DNA of 62,428 nucleotides, the filler included, from Bipalium vagum (taxonomy: Eukaryota): the NCBI GenBank assembly GCA_037834085.1. It is 3 parts of 3 records of this genome, joined end to end, with 100 filler letters (N's around TTAATTAATTAA, not from the genome) between each part and the next. Parts side by side here need not be neighbours in the genome. Positions count along the whole stretch, not along the records: positions 44,735 to 62,428 come from JBBMKC010055416.1; 2 more parts are not named here. One strand, written 5' to 3'. Under the pieces are notes generated by a model that did no database searches, was not told the DNA's origin, and worked only from the letters and a program-made list of their open reading frames with translations. Of the stretch, positions 48,482 to 62,428 are shown piece after piece (position 1 is the stretch's first letter; each line of letters opens with the position of its first letter). A program made the translations under genes and the position numbers.

Positions 48482-51400
48482 CAGCACTAAATATTTCACA
48501 AAAACTATCACCTGTCATTCAAAAATTGATTTCATTCATTTTTCCCATGAAAATTCAATTCATATCAATTAATAACAGAAAATATTGATTAAAATCGTCT
48601 GAAAATTCCAATTTGAACTGAACAACAGTTTATTTCCTTACAAATCATCATATAATTTGTAAAATTTTTCAAGAACAATAATATCGATCACAATGATGAT
48701 AAAAGAGAGAAAAAATAAAGAGATGAGTTTGTTTTGTGTAACTGATGGTGGATGTATATAATAGACTAAAGGAATAAAAAAATATAAAGAGTCAAACATC
48801 ACTTTAAAAAATGATTCCCGAAACAAAAATCTTTTTTTCCTCACGAGTCTTCGTGCTTTTATCATTATAATAATCCCAATCAAATAATCAAATTTTTACA
48901 GATCAAAAAATGGATAACTTTATTTTATCGCTTATCGTAGCATAAAGAAAGGATGTTGCAAAAAAAGTCAAAAATACAGTTTTAATTCCAGATATAGTTT
49001 CTGTACATTGGTAAATGAGCATAATCTACATCGTGTCATTATTTATTAATTCCACCGAATTGAAGACAGTTACAGGAAAACAATTTATGCAATATCAGTT
49101 TTTGGGGAAAATTATTACAGCTTCATCATTGGTCGATGAGACTGAGGAAGAAGCAAGTGATAAGTGTCTGCCTTCAATAAACATTATTCGTTCGAGAATA
49201 ATTAAATAATTAAAGATAATTCGTAAATTGCAAATCTTCCTTGGTTGAAAGACTCATCGAACCCCACTAGAGCTAAAGTATGGGAATTTCGTAGTGCTTT
49301 GAACGCTATAAGAATGATCTTCCAACAATTAATAAATCAAATTCATTTTCGATAATTTAATAATCTTCAATGTAAATAAAGTACTACAAAAGCTTCAAGA
49401 AATTTTTTTGAAATAAACAAATCCTCTCCTATCATCAATAGTGGTTTCAAATATCTAATATATTTTGTAATTTTGGTCTGTTTTCAAACTGTCGTCTNNN
49501 NNNNNNNNNNNNNNNNNNNNNNNNNNNNNNNNNNNNNNNNNNNNNNNNNNNNNNNNNNNNNNNNNNNNNNNNNNNNNNNNNNNNNNNNNNNNNNNNNNNN
49601 NNNNNNNNNNNNNNNNNNNNNNNNNNNNNNNNNNNNNNNNNNNNNNNNNNNNNNNNNNNNNNNNNNNNNNNNNNNNNNNNNNNNNNNNNNNNNNTTTTAT
49701 TAGATTTTTATTATTATTTTACAGAATTTTCTTTTTACTAATGTTATTGCCATAGGTAAAATTGAAAGAAATATTATCAAAAGAATGGTGTTAACTTTGT
49801 CAATTGAAATAAGAGAAAAGAAAAGATTTTAATTTATAATATTAATTATAAATAATGTTAATTAAATTCTTTATTTTCCATGCTCATAATAAAAAAATAT
49901 TTGGAAAAAAATTATAGATTATCTTACACTGGGAAACATATCCAATTTTCTAAATAATTTCCAAACAATTATTTTTTGCCAATAATGTAACACATTTGAC
50001 TTATTTTTGAAAATTTTAAATTAAAAATTCATGTTCTTAATTTTATAGGTTTATATTTAATGAAATTTAAAAAGTTATAAGTCTATAATATTACTTCACA
50101 TTTTTGTTTGAAAATATGTCGTCATATTGGTTTTATTTTAGAATTTTGGAAAATCATTTTATAGGTTATAGAAGGTTTTTTGGCAATGCTATGACTCCAG
50201 AACTATCATTATAATTATATGAAAATAAAAAGTATGATAATAGTTATTATTAGAATAAAATAATAACAAGTATTAATAATCATGTGCAATAAAGTACAAC
50301 TAATTAGAATAATTAATCTCAAGTAACAAATCCAAAAATATTCAATTAATGCCTATTAATATCTATCGGTTTGGAATCCATAAATGTAATTCGTTTTAAA
50401 TAATTTATTGAGTGATAAACAAATGTGAAATATTTAAACAAATATCATCTAAGCATTGGATTTTAATTTTTAAGAATATCCTTAAATCTAAATTTTGTAT
50501 AAACATGGAAAACATTATTAATACATTTTTTTTCTTTTAATTTATTACATTACATTAGATTAAATTTTATAATAAATTATTTATAACATTAAAATAACTT
50601 TCAGGATGCTTTTAAAAAGTTAATAAGCTATCAAAATATGACTTCAACATTAAAAATTCCCATGGTCTGATCAGCCTGCTTATTATGCAAATAATATCGA
50701 ATTTGATTGCTTTCACAGGTATGACAAAAATGATTTTTCCTGCAATCAAAATATTTTTACATATTCATAATTTTCGCACTTAAATTAATATGTTTGTCAA
50801 ATATTTTGACAATCTCTCGTCCCGTTTTCGAGAAAATGAACATTAAGTTTAATTAGTATTTTTGTCTATCTAATTTTTCTTTAACAAAATATTTTTATAA
50901 CTAATTTTGAATATGGAATATAAGATCTGCATCCAGAAAGAAGGAAAATGAATATATATATATATATATTTGTGTAGATTTTCCCATGTTCACCAGAAAT
51001 TATTATTATTCGAAAAATAAAACTACGGTAGATATAATAATTAATGTTCCTTAAGAGTTATAAAGTGAGATAAATTGGCAATAATTAATATTGCCAGATT
51101 GAACTATCAGAAGGGTATGAGTGATGAAGATGCGGATAAGTAATAAGTAATATACCAGTTCTTATGCCAAGATTAAGACAGTTTTTCAAAAAATCAAGAA
51201 CAGATTTCTGTGATAATGATTACTTAAAACTTAAAGTAACTGAAAAATTAATACTGTGAGTATGAAAGGTAAAGATTAAGAAGCGCCTGATTAACCAATG
51301 TTATACGGATGAAGGTTGTATGATTGTAATTGAAGTCAGTTATAGCATTAAAAGTTTTCTTATAGATACCTTTATAACGTAAGGATATATTAATATTTTG

Positions 51401-51799
51401 ATTTCTGTGAGAATTCCGCTTCAAGTATTGATATAAGGTCTCGTGATAGCTTAATGTGTCATGGGAGACTACAAGAACTCGATCACGGATGTATAGTTCG
51501 ATAAAAATATTTATTGCCGACTTTTATTGATGTAATTTTTTTCATTACTCATCAATTTACTTGTTCTTTTAATGTTTTGTCGTATATTTCTTCATCTTCA
51601 TTGTATTTAAATTGATGTGCATTGTTATTGCCTTACAAACCTTTTATAAGAGTTTTATAAAAAAAATTAAAGAATATTTAAATTTTTGAAAAATCTTCAA
51701 TAAAGGATTACACAAGGAAAACTCAGTTCCACACAAAAAAGCTTTAAATCTTTCATTTTCTGAAATACTTCTAATTTCCTTTCAAAAAAGATAGAACTT

Positions 51800-52400
51800 A
51801 ATAAGCCATATGTTGAACATCCCTGTTTTAGGCCATATTGCGGTTTTTTGGTTTACTTATCGGTCGACTTATATTAATTAATTTCTGTTTATATCGATCA
51901 CCAGTTACAGTTTCGGATGGTTTGAGAAACTCATTGTACAATACTCCAATTTGGTACCACGACATACATAGCATGACTTTACTTCTGTTCGATCATCTTT
52001 GTAATGTCGATGTTATTGTATTTTGTCATTTGTATGTGTCAATTTTCTGCGCTTGGGATCCTTGTGTGGAATATCCATTTTTCGATGCGAAAATGAGTGT
52101 CTTGTGATTTTCTTGCTGCCTATCGGTCAAATCATATGGTATCTATTTTTCATAGTTTTGGATTATTTCCAAAGTGTGCATCCGTTTATCAGAAGTTGGC
52201 CAATCAGCAATCATTGTCTGTGTCATTTTTTCAAGCGTTTTATATGAAACTTTGATAATTCATAATTTATAAATGATCATCTTAGAACTTCTGTGGTTGT
52301 CCTAAAATTTCTTTGTCTTTGACTCTAAAGTTACCTGCCCTAAATCGTCTGTCATTCTCGACAAATGACAAATTGCCGTAAAAACGATAATATTAATATT
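51800..52400 (-). mobile_element. Decayed mariner
   Basis: Minus strand RRFRAGNFRVKDKE, IIQNYEK*IPYDLTDRQQE and KVMLCMSWYQIGVLYNEFLKPSETVTGDRY. Confidence 0.85.
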
Positions 52401-54639
52401 AATCAGAACTTCGGAAATTTTTTGTAAAGTTAAATTTATTGCTAAAGTTAAATCGTTAAAGACACATTGAGTAGAAAAATTAATGTTGGCTTGATGGACA
52501 TCAGCATTTTTTTGACGAATAATATTTCACATAAATATATTCCGTTGATATTAGACGATTTAAACAAAATAAATGTTGTGAGATAAATATGCACAATTAA
52601 AAAAGTGGAATAATTTGGCATAAAACAAATTTTTGACAAAATAAATTGACCTGGATCAACATTTACGGAAGAAAAAGTTTTGGAAAGTGAATAAAGTCAA
52701 TTAGTAAAATAAACCGACCCGAATCTTTTACTGGTTACAGTTCTTTTAAAGATATTTTAGCAAAAGTTTTACCAAATATTAGAAAATATAATTTAATGAT
52801 GATTTTTATATTCTGTTTAACATTCCTCCTCCCCCCTCAATTTTGTTTTCATTCGGTAACCAACAGTTCACTAACGTGGTCTTCTATCTTCACAATAATT
52901 ATCCACTTGATATGTAGGAGAAAAATTAATAATTTTCTTATTAATTTGCCTAATGATGGGTCATTAAATAATTGATAAAGTAAAACATGCAATTAATAAA
53001 CTGGCTTCACTGTGAATGTGAGATCAAACAAGAATGACATATTTTGTTTATAATGTTGTAAAATTGATTTTAGGAGAAATTAATTGATGAACAGGAAGAC
53101 AAATGATGACTGAATGAGATAGATGAATAATCTATAAAAATGCTTCAAAAGTTCCATAATTCTTTTATGGAGTAGACAAAAGTGGAGTGAATTAGTTGGT
53201 AATAAAATTATGGGGTTCCTGATTCTATGAGTATAATTATTTTATATAATTATGACTATTAGTATTAGTTTTATTAAAAAATAATATCAATATTATTATT
53301 GGTTATAATTTACAAAAATTGAGTTTTCTTGTTTATATTAGTTTCTATATTTGTATGGAAAGTCATATGACATGTAGGAGGTGGAGAAAGCGCTAATCGC
53401 TTGAAAAAATAATAATTTATTAACCAGTATTAAATTATTATGAAAGCTAAATAGAAGGAAAGGAAAAGAAATAAAGAAATAAAACATATATTCATAAAAT
53501 ATTAGGAATAAATCTTCAAGTCATATTAACATATATATATAGTGAACGATGTATCAAAAATATTGAAATTAAGAACTGAAATGTTCTTCATATCCTCGTC
53601 TTAGGCCGACACTGACACACCTTTTATGGCGGTTGTGCATCCTTTAATCTGATCAATGTCATGCTTTCATATTTGATATTTTTGTTTTATTTCAAACTAT
53701 TTTTTAATTAACGGACAATTATTTATTATTTCAGAATTTAACAACATTCAAATTATAGATCTGAAACCAGATAACTAATTAAGATTTAATTAAAATTAAT
53801 TTTTAATTATTTCAGAAATTTTAAAATTATATTGGCTAAAAATAAAAAATTAATTAATTTTCTCTAGATTTCTTAATTGTTTTTTTAATATTAATTAATT
53901 AGAATTAATTAATTAATTCTCTAGTAATAAACGCAAGCAAATTAAAAAATATGTTCTACAAGTCAAACAAATTTTATTTATATTTTCGAAATCATAATTT
54001 ATAAAAAAAATCACTAATAAATATAAACAAATAATTAATTAATTAGTCTACAATTTTAAACCGATTATTGATTGTTTTTGTATTAGAAGATTTATTTCCA
54101 ATCAAATAAATTAATAATTGGGCTTCATATTTCATTATAAATAATTATCATTAAAACAAAACAATGTATATATTGAAATAATCGTTTTATTTTCAGATTT
54201 TTAGTTTTAACAAAATTATTTTAATTCAAAATAATAAATTTTTAAATTTAATTAAATTCTTTTGAAATTAATTTTTTTCTTATGAACTTTTATAAAAATA
54301 AAGTTTATTATTTTAAATATTAAATTAATCATTTTTATTAATATCTCTAATTTCATATAATTATTTTTATTATTAATCAGTATTTTATATTTATATATTT
54401 TATCATTCATTTGATTAGCCATCTCAAAATAAATATTATTAGGAATATGCATTGAAAGTGATCCATTTTTCAAATAGTTGTAATAAAGAATATTTATTCA
54501 TTTGTTTAAATAAACTATTTGAATATATATATTGTTTATGCATTATTCAAAAATAATCTATAAAAGTATACCCTAATATCTTTAACTATATCTTATTTTT
54601 ATCCTTTTTTAGATGGAGGTTTATATACAAAATAAGCAC

Positions 54640-55079
54640 CATTTGAGCATAATGATATTATTTCATTTTGTTATTATACAATCTGCAGCAGAAAATCACG
54701 GAATCCTTGTATGAGGTTACGGAAACAATGCTCTATCAAAAGCCTCTTGCAAAAGATGGTTTTCACGTTTTTCAAAGATTGTCCAGAACAAACGAAAGTG
54801 TTTGAATATTAAGACCTGGGTGTATTGGTGGTTGAATGTCCATGCCAAATTCAAATCGATCTTACTAAATCATTAAATTCTTCTCAATCTTCAATTAGCC
54901 ATCGTCTAAAAGTCATTGGAAAAATAGGAAGATAAGTATCACACGACCTCAATTGAAACGTTGGAAACTATTTGAATAAATTATCTTTTTAATTTTATAT
55001 TTACTTAATATTTATATTGCTTATTAAATAAAGAAACAATGTTGTAAAAAAGGCTCACTTTCAATGCATAAACCTAATA
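54640..55079 (+). mobile_element. Internally deleted mariner
   Basis: SAAENHGILV*GYGNNALSKASCKRWFSRF N-terminus and right end TGCATAAACCTAATA. Confidence 0.7.
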
Positions 55080-55254
55080 ATTAATAAATCAAGTTTATTT
55101 AAAACAATCTCAATAAGCATTTGAATATATAAAAGTTTTGACTTCTGTCAGAACAAAAGATTTTTTTCATCACCGATTCTCAATGGTTTAAATTTAATTC
55201 TGTGATTAACCCCCGACTTCTTCTATAACTCTATTTGGTTTTAAGTTTAATTAC

Positions 55255-55865
55255 TGGAGTCATTTCAGAGGAAGACCAGAACCCTCAGTTAATGAGGAAC
55301 ATGTTACAGAAATCAAGGAAAGCATACTTCAGGATTGCAGATTGACTGTGTGAGATACGGTCATTTTCACTGAAATATCATTTTGTTCTAAAAAATCTAT
55401 TTTATGCAATTCTTTGAGTATGAGACATGTTGTTGCAAGACGGGTTCTGATAGATTTGAAATTAAAACAAAAACAACGTTTAGTTGAGGTTTTTAAGAAT
55501 TACGTTTATGAATTACACAATAAATAACAATAAAACTTGGATCTATACTTATCATGTAGAAACTAAGCAGCAATCAAGTGAATTACGTTTCAAGGGTGAA
55601 TCAAAGTCACACGATTGTCGTCGAAATAAATCGAAACAAATTTTTTCCAATATTTCTGCTTTCATATACTTAAAATTTCTTCCAACAGGCCAAACAATGA
55701 ATGAACTTTTATCTAAGCAATACACTTGAAAAGATTCAACATTTTGATAGAAAACTCCTGAATCTTCCATCATAATTAGGCCTCAGCTCATACTTTGTGG
55801 CGTGTATGTAAATATTTGTGTAAACACTGTAATAATATCATTGAACAAGCTCCATATTCACACAA
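55255..55865 (+). mobile_element. Decayed mariner relic
   Basis: TWIYTYHVETKQQSSEL (like 'TW.Y.YDPETKQQS.QW'), FLPTGQTMN and QAPYS. Confidence 0.75.
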
Positions 55866-56759
55866 CTAAAGCAACAGAGTAACCTTTGCATGTCCTTAGT
55901 TTTAATGATTTTAAGCATTTAATGATTATTTTCATGTCCTGGATCATACGCAGTTAAGTATTTATCATCGATATACCCTAGATTCTTGCTTATAAGCCGA
56001 ATTCATGCAGACTCCATAACATGAATTTTAGGTTAACTGTCGTGATAACCTAATTTAAAATATAGCTCTGATCATAATTTCACAGTTTAATAATATTATT
56101 ATTTCTGTTATTATTATTATTAAGTATATAATTATTATTCACACAAATGAAAATAATATATTAATAATAATAATAATTAAATAAAATTATAAATGATCTA
56201 GTAATTTGAAATAAATAATAAATCGAAAAAATTCACTTCAAAACCGATATTTCATGGATTTTTGTAATGAATAAATAAAAAATATATATCTTAGCGTTAT
56301 ACGAAAATTAAGATTACACCAATACCATAAAATCCACATCAACCAAAAAATAATGTATTCCTATTTACATAATGAATTTTAAATTTATTTATCTTATTCC
56401 TGTTTCCTGGAGCAATTTCGAAAATATAAATTATATTAAAAGCATAGATGTGTCCCCAGTATTAAAACAAATGTTGATTTTAATGCATTTCTTCCTCTGA
56501 GAACTATTTCTACAAATGGACTTTTTGGACATTGAAAGTCATAAATCAGAGGAACTGGAATTGGAGAATAATTTTCATTTATTTTCTAATCATTTTATTT
56601 AGATTTCTATTTTATTTTATTAACCGAATGATATGTCAAAAATTGTTTAACTATTTCATGAAATCGGATTGACAATATTGAATGTCTTACGTAATATTAA
56701 GTTAGAAGAGCTCGTTTTAAAAAAAAAAGAAATCTGACACTGAAAACAACCAATTTTCG

Positions 56760-56930
56760 TCATGAGTTGCTACGGTCACGTGGATGCATTGGAATCTCTC
56801 ATCAAGTTCCCGATTAAATCTTTGAAAAAATCTCCTTTAGTGACAGTTACTAATAACAATATTACCAAGCACATCACAAATGTTTCGGAATGATTCTGCA
56901 ACAGTCTTTTCTTGTTTGAATTTTTTCATC
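56760..56930 (-). mobile_element. mariner N-terminal fragment
   Basis: Minus strand VAESFRNICDVLGNIVISNCH*RRFFQRF. Confidence 0.55.
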
Positions 56931-57605
56931 CATATTTTTAAGCCAATTTTCCAACTAAAATTGAATTAAATGAAAGATAATATAAAATATTATAAATGAG
57001 ACAAAAATATATTTTGATTGTTTATGCAGTAATAAATGTTATTCATTAAAACACTTTCTAACTTAACAGCCTAATACATTCCTGGTGTTCTAATCTCAAT
57101 TTAAAATTTATACTTATTTATGTTTTAATTTCTTTCAGTGTACATGTTTTTTTTTCAAAATTGAACTGTATTTCATTCAATATTGTTTTGGTTAAGGAAG
57201 GAAACTTTTTAGATTTCGGATTTTCAATAAGGTTTGTTAGAAGCATTGTAGATTGAGAGTTCATTATCAATTATACAATACAAATCTTTTTAAGGAATAT
57301 GGCCAATTTTCCATAGTTAATAGTTTAATGTTCCAGTATCTACTGAAAAATCGTTCCACAGGAATTATTGTTTGACGTTTGTTATCATTGAGTTCATGTG
57401 GAACCTATCACGTTGTGTAAAAAATAATGTCAGTTTTTTGGAATAATATTTTAGTCGACACCATTTTTAAGTTAATGAAAAAAGCTTTGTATTTAATTAA
57501 AATACAATTAAAATTATTAGTAAGTTTTGTTTTACCATTCTAAATTGATAATTGATTAGTATATACAAATTTGAAATGACCATGATTCTGAGAAAATTAC
57601 AATAT

Positions 57606-58200
57606 TGTGGAGTTGTAACAATAATAAAGATAATAACTATAATAATTATAATAATAACGACAAGAAAGATAATAGATATAATAATTGTAATGGCAGTAAC
57701 AGTAATAATGATCGTCGAGGTTGGGAATAATTATCGTGCTTCATCGTTAAAGCTAGAAAATTCTTCTGTCTCGGCGTGGAGGCAGGAATAGCAATTAGAG
57801 GCTATTGATGGAAATAGCCATCTCGAAGCGTGGGGATTGGTTATCGTAGCCCAATCTCTACGACTATATTAAGTGAAGGCTATTCCCGCCAATTAGCCCA
57901 AAAACGCTAGCACGTCAGACCGAAAGCAAGAACGACAATACGGAGACGATAATATGGAGAACGAGAATTCGAGGAAGCGTCTACTAGAAAACTACGGATT
58001 GAGAAGGATTACGAACCAAAGAAAGGACCTCAAGGTATTTCAAGTGGATATGACTTCGCAGGGGGATTTCACAAGGGGACCAAGCGAGCTTGAGAACCCC
58101 TAGGTGACTTGAGAAGTACAGTATTATCGTGGGTGTTTTGATTAAAACAAGTTTTAAAAGGGAACGAACACAACATTTTTATAGAAATGAGGAGTCACAA
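57606..58200 (+). repeat. GC-richer dispersed repeat, possible solo LTR
   Basis: Shares two blocks with 18031-18530. Has a TGT...ACA frame and ATTAAA at 58141. No TSD found. Confidence 0.4.
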
Positions 58201-58229
58201 GAACACGAGCACACGTTACTACGTCAAAG

Positions 58230-59298
58230 TATTATAGTAACAATATGTATGTATTATGAGTTAGAGCCGAGCCATTTCGTCAACCTCTAACATCATGCAA
58301 GCATTTGGTGAGGACATTGTTACAGAACGTATGGTTCAGCGTTGGTATGTACGCTTTCGTTCCGGAGATTTACTTGAAAATAAACCTCTTGAAGGACTTC
58401 TACTACCTCTTGATGATGAAGCTTTGAAAGAGAAAATTGAATGTGATCCCTCCAATACAGTAGGTAAACTTTCCAAAATTCAACTTAAAACCATTGCAAG
58501 TCATCTTCATCATATTAGTAAAGTATGGAAGCATGATCGGTTGGTTCCACACAAATTGAGTAAAAAGAATAAATCTCAGCGTCTAAGTATCTACACTTCT
58601 TTGAAAACTACGCAACAAATATGATCCTTTTTGAACAGAATTGTTGCCAGTGATGAGAATTGGACTATTTATGACAATTCTCGTCGCTCTGGATAATGAC
58701 TTGAGCCTGCAGAAGTGGCCAAACGAGACATTTATTTCAGAGAAGACAGTGATAAGTGTCTAGTGGTCCATGTTTGGTGTAACCTTTTTTGAGTTTATCA
58801 AACAAGACAAAACCATAACATTTGATTTCTTTTGCAATATGCTTGATAAAGTTCATAAAAACTCAAAATTCAGCAACCATCATTGGCCAACAGAAAAATT
58901 CCTATTCTCCTGCAAGATAATACAAGACCTCACAAGTCAAAAATAACTGTACAAAAATTGAAAGACCTCGGCTACGAAACTCTTTCCCATCTTACTTATT
59001 CTCTAAACATCGCCCTTACAGATTTCCATTTTTTGAGGTCTTTGTCAAAATTTCTTGCAGGCAAGTCTTTTAAAAACCAAGACGAAAAAAATTTTAAAAA
59101 CCTTTCGCGAATTCATAAATTCCAAAAATCAGAAATTTTACAAATCAAGAATTGAAATTTTGTGGTACGTTGACTTATGAAGAACATTATAGAAGCAGAT
59201 GGTGACTATTTCAATGAATAAACTTTATTGCATGACTTAATTATTTTTGTTCACAGCTTGTGTCATAAAACCGACATAACTTTTTACACAACCTGATA
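58230..59298 (+). mobile_element. Near full-length decayed mariner (DD34D)
   Basis: FGEDIVTERMVQRWYVRFRSGD, LVPHKL, IVASDENW, LLQDNTRPH, YSLNIALTDFHFL. Right end CATAACTTTTTACACAACCTGATA. Confidence 0.93.
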
Positions 59299-59569
59299 TT
59301 TTCATTCTTTTCGGATATGACTCATTCACAATTTGCTGTCACCTCTGTAAGATCTCTAGTGTCTTGGTGAATTTAATTATAAAAATTAATTTCAATTTAA
59401 TAAAAATAATAATATTTTTATTTATTAAAAAATAAATTAATGTGATTAATAGCAGGATTAAATGATCATAAATATCGACCATAATTTATGGAGATAAGAC
59501 GTCTAACCTTTTGATAACATGGCGATAAATTTGATAGTAATTAATTATGTTGATATTATGCCTGGTCTC

Positions 59570-59870
59570 CATAAATAGTTGATTCATTGGTCAGAGTTTT
59601 ACAACTTTGTTAGCGAAAAAGGTCTCCCGTATTTTAAGATGTTCCATTCAATAATTGTGAAAGTGCCATCAAATAGCAGTTATTTCAAAATTTAAAAGCC
59701 ATGGAATGAGGAAGAGTTATTTGAATCCGATCATTGAGAGAATTAGAATAAAATTTTGAGATGTATAAATTTACCATGTTAATCGCTTATTGTTGGTATG
59801 TGGTTCAAGGATTGTGATCGGGTTCCAAGCCTGTTTAAGATTTATGGAATGACTATGACGTAATTTAATA
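59570..59870 (-). mobile_element. CR1/L2-type LINE ORF2 3' relic
   Basis: Minus strand QAWNP (~59818-59835) and IRETFFANKVVKL* (~59590-59635), resembling CR1/L2 C-terminal 'WSP' and 'R..FF..RV...WN' motifs. Confidence 0.4.
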
Positions 59871-60804
59871 ATTATTTTAGGAATTGATATCTTATACGCA
59901 GGTCGTCAATGCCATTTAATCAGGTTTTTCTATGATTTTCTGTTACCTTCGCAGTACTACATCTACTAAAAATATAAACTTTCTCATTTGAGTCGTCTCC
60001 GTTGATAATTATATATTAACGTATGCAAGCATATGCAAATTCTGATTTACATTTCTGCATTGAATAATTTGTTTTTATTTGATGAAATCTTGAAATTAAA
60101 ATTAAAGAAGAGACAACAATTACAAATTTTCAACTATTAATAAACAAATCTAGACTAATTACTACCAAATCTAATATCCTCCTCTGCAATTTAAATCACT
60201 GCTCATCTGAAAGACAGGAAAACAGCACGATTCAAACAAAACAAGATTTTTTAATTCTAAAATTAGAAAAAATCTCTAAAACATTTTAATAAACATTTTG
60301 GCACCCGTTTGTTTTAATGAATAAAGTATATCACATAATCCCGTTGGTTATGGGACACTGAAAAGGCAAATCTCCATCTCCATAGTGAGAATTTCGTAAA
60401 TTAAAAACTACTTAAGAAAAGTAATTTAATATCTTCATTAATTCATATATAAAATATATTTTTTGTGATTCGTAATGATAATATTTTAAAACTTAATTAA
60501 AAATAAATTTATTAAAGTAAGTATTAAATATTTTATTTTATTTATATTTATAAATATTTTATTTTTTGTTTACATATTGTTATTTAATTATGCCTTGTGG
60601 CATGTCGTCTGATTTTATAAATAATATTAACGTAACAAAATATTAAAATATTTCAGAATGAAGAACAAACTGTTAGAAAATCTAATTATATTCTGTCCTA
60701 TTATAATTAAATAAATAATTAATTAATCCATATAAGTTTAATGGACATATTTAGCATGTTTTGTTATAATGAAAAGAGATATTTTGTTTCTGTTTTTCAA
60801 TTTA

Positions 60805-61078
60805 TGAGGCCTGTCTGAAAATGTTTTGAAAGTGACATGAAAAAATTTCCTGTCCGTAAACCATTTTCGTGACAATCAAGAATCAGTTGATTCTGTAGAG
60901 AGCTATTTCACAAGCCTTGTTGAAGCTCATTACAATCAAGGTGTCCAATTGCTAGAAGACTGATGTTGGACTAAAGTTTTGTTGACCGAAAAGGAGAATT
61001 TGTAGAAAAATAATGTGATTTCTTAACAATAAATGTTGGTTAATTCATTTCATTTTCAGAACCTTTCAAGCCACCATA
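60805..61078 (+). mobile_element. Short mariner deletion derivative
   Basis: Degenerate inverted ends (GGCCTGTCTGAAAATGTTTTGAAA / TTTCAGAACCTTTCAAGCCACC) enclose a mariner C-terminus-like HYNQGVQLLED*CWTK...GEFVEK*. Confidence 0.6.
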
Positions 61079-62336
61079 AAAAATATGAATAAATGGTATT
61101 TTTACTGGGGTCACGATATTAAAATATCTCTTTTTAATGTTAATAAAGATAAATAAAATACACTCAAATTCTGAAATTCCTGATTACTACACAATTTATC
61201 ATTTTATCCCCATCAAATCCAACTAAATATTTTTTTTAATTCTCTTGCCTCACGTATTTGATAGATAATTCACAACCTAACTTACCCTTATAATAATAAT
61301 TAACACTATAACATTTCATTAAACAGCCTATTATTTAAACTCAATATATTGTCTCCTATCTTTCTTTTTGTGTTAAAACAGCCTCGTAAAATTATTTTGC
61401 TTGTGACTAAGACCACATGTTGATAGAATAGTTTATAACATCACCAAATTCGAACATTTGGTTATTTTTCTAACTTCTATCCTGCCAGAATAAACGCAAT
61501 CAATCATATCAGACTGGGACGTGGATGGTGATCACTTAGAAGGTCAGGAAATGTTATTTTGTCTTTTACTCGAGACACAATATTTTGACTCTAAATATTC
61601 TTTAAACGAAGCAATATCATTTTTATTAATGTATATTGTTCTCTCATTATTTACTATTCTTGTTATAAAGCTGCTGACATCAATATCTAAATTTATTTCT
61701 TGTTACAAACTTCAGAGTGATGACCGCGGCAAAAGTGAATAGTGGGAAATGGAAGATAAATAACTAAATACGAAGGAATATTTGTAAAACTTTATTCATG
61801 ATATTTACCTTTGAATACAAAATAGCTTTATAAAGTGTCATAAAAATTCCTTTCAATGGTCTTTAAAAAGTATTAGAAACAATCTTTTCTCCCCAATTAT
61901 AGTCATTTGGATATCCTAAATAGTATCATAACGTTGTCAGTCCATTGTCAATTTAAGTTTGACGATGTCAAATTCTCAGAAAATTATTTTTCTAACAAAG
62001 TTGAGCACTTCCACACTGAATTATGACAGTACGTCAATTTCTCAATGAAATATTTTCTCAAAAATAGATTGGACGTGGAGGTTCAATTATCTGGGCTCCG
62101 AACATACTTTTATGTTATTATTGAAAAATGTAAATAAACATATTTAATGATTGTCACTTGTCTTTTAAATAATATTTAAAAATAATTAAAATTATTAATA
62201 GACTTATCGAACACCTGTATTTATGCAAGATTATATTTCTGTTTTCTAATTAAATTGATCGTATATTAATGATTATTTCTTTTGTGAAATAAATATGAAT
62301 TGATTTACAAAGAAAAAAACTTAGCTGATATATATA

Positions 62337-62428
62337 CAGTTTGGTCCAACAAATTGTCCACCCCCTGATAAAACAGAAAAAATCCGATAATAACATTTAT
62401 TAATAAATGATACATGAACTTGGGTATA
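62337..62428 (+). mobile_element. Possible left TIR of a Tc1-like element running off the window
   Basis: TATA|CAGTTTGGTCCAACAAATTGTCCACCCC resembles a Tc1 terminus (CAGT after TA). The partner end is not visible. Confidence 0.35.

Noticed and set aside
50606-50718. Possible second exon of the tetraspan gene (hydrophobic GLISLLIMQIISNLIAFTG before gtatga)
   Set aside because: The phase-1-compatible frame from the clear acceptor hits a stop at once, and the expected second loop cysteine context is absent.
51050-51500. Possible LINE endonuclease trace (VMGDY at ~51458)
   Set aside because: A single short motif, insufficient for a call.
780-61742. Most remaining 60-110 aa ORFs in the supplied track
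   Set aside because: They are I/F/K/N/L-rich products of AT-rich non-coding DNA, antisense shadows of TE ORFs, or read-through of N gaps.

Overview
Very AT-rich animal genomic DNA (roughly 25-30% GC by eye). Long introns and dense Tc1/mariner debris suggest an invertebrate, possibly a flatworm, but the taxon is only an inference. Two host genes are visible. (1) Six phase-compatible GT-AG exons on the minus strand (44588 down to 27601) encode the MHR1/2 to early MHR4 part of a TRPM cation channel; its first exons and its transmembrane/C-terminal exons were not found. (2) A first coding exon on the plus strand (45475-~45727) encodes a PMP22/claudin/CACNG (stargazin-like) tetraspan protein, about 0.9 kb from the most 5' visible TRPM exon. 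It is preceded by an RFX X-box-like motif and an inverted CCAAT pair, so it is either nested antisense in a TRPM intron or head-to-head with TRPM. The rest is mostly transposon debris: a decayed Ty3/Gypsy pol with a PPT, about 15 mariner relics, three large Tc1 relics (one IR-DR type inserted into a mariner), a rosa-like element, two TA-flanked MITEs, LINE traces and microsatellites. There are four N-gaps. Two are artificial 44N-TTAATTAATTAA-44N linkers, so gene arrangement across them is uncertain. No rRNA, tRNA, CRISPR array or prokaryotic system is supported.
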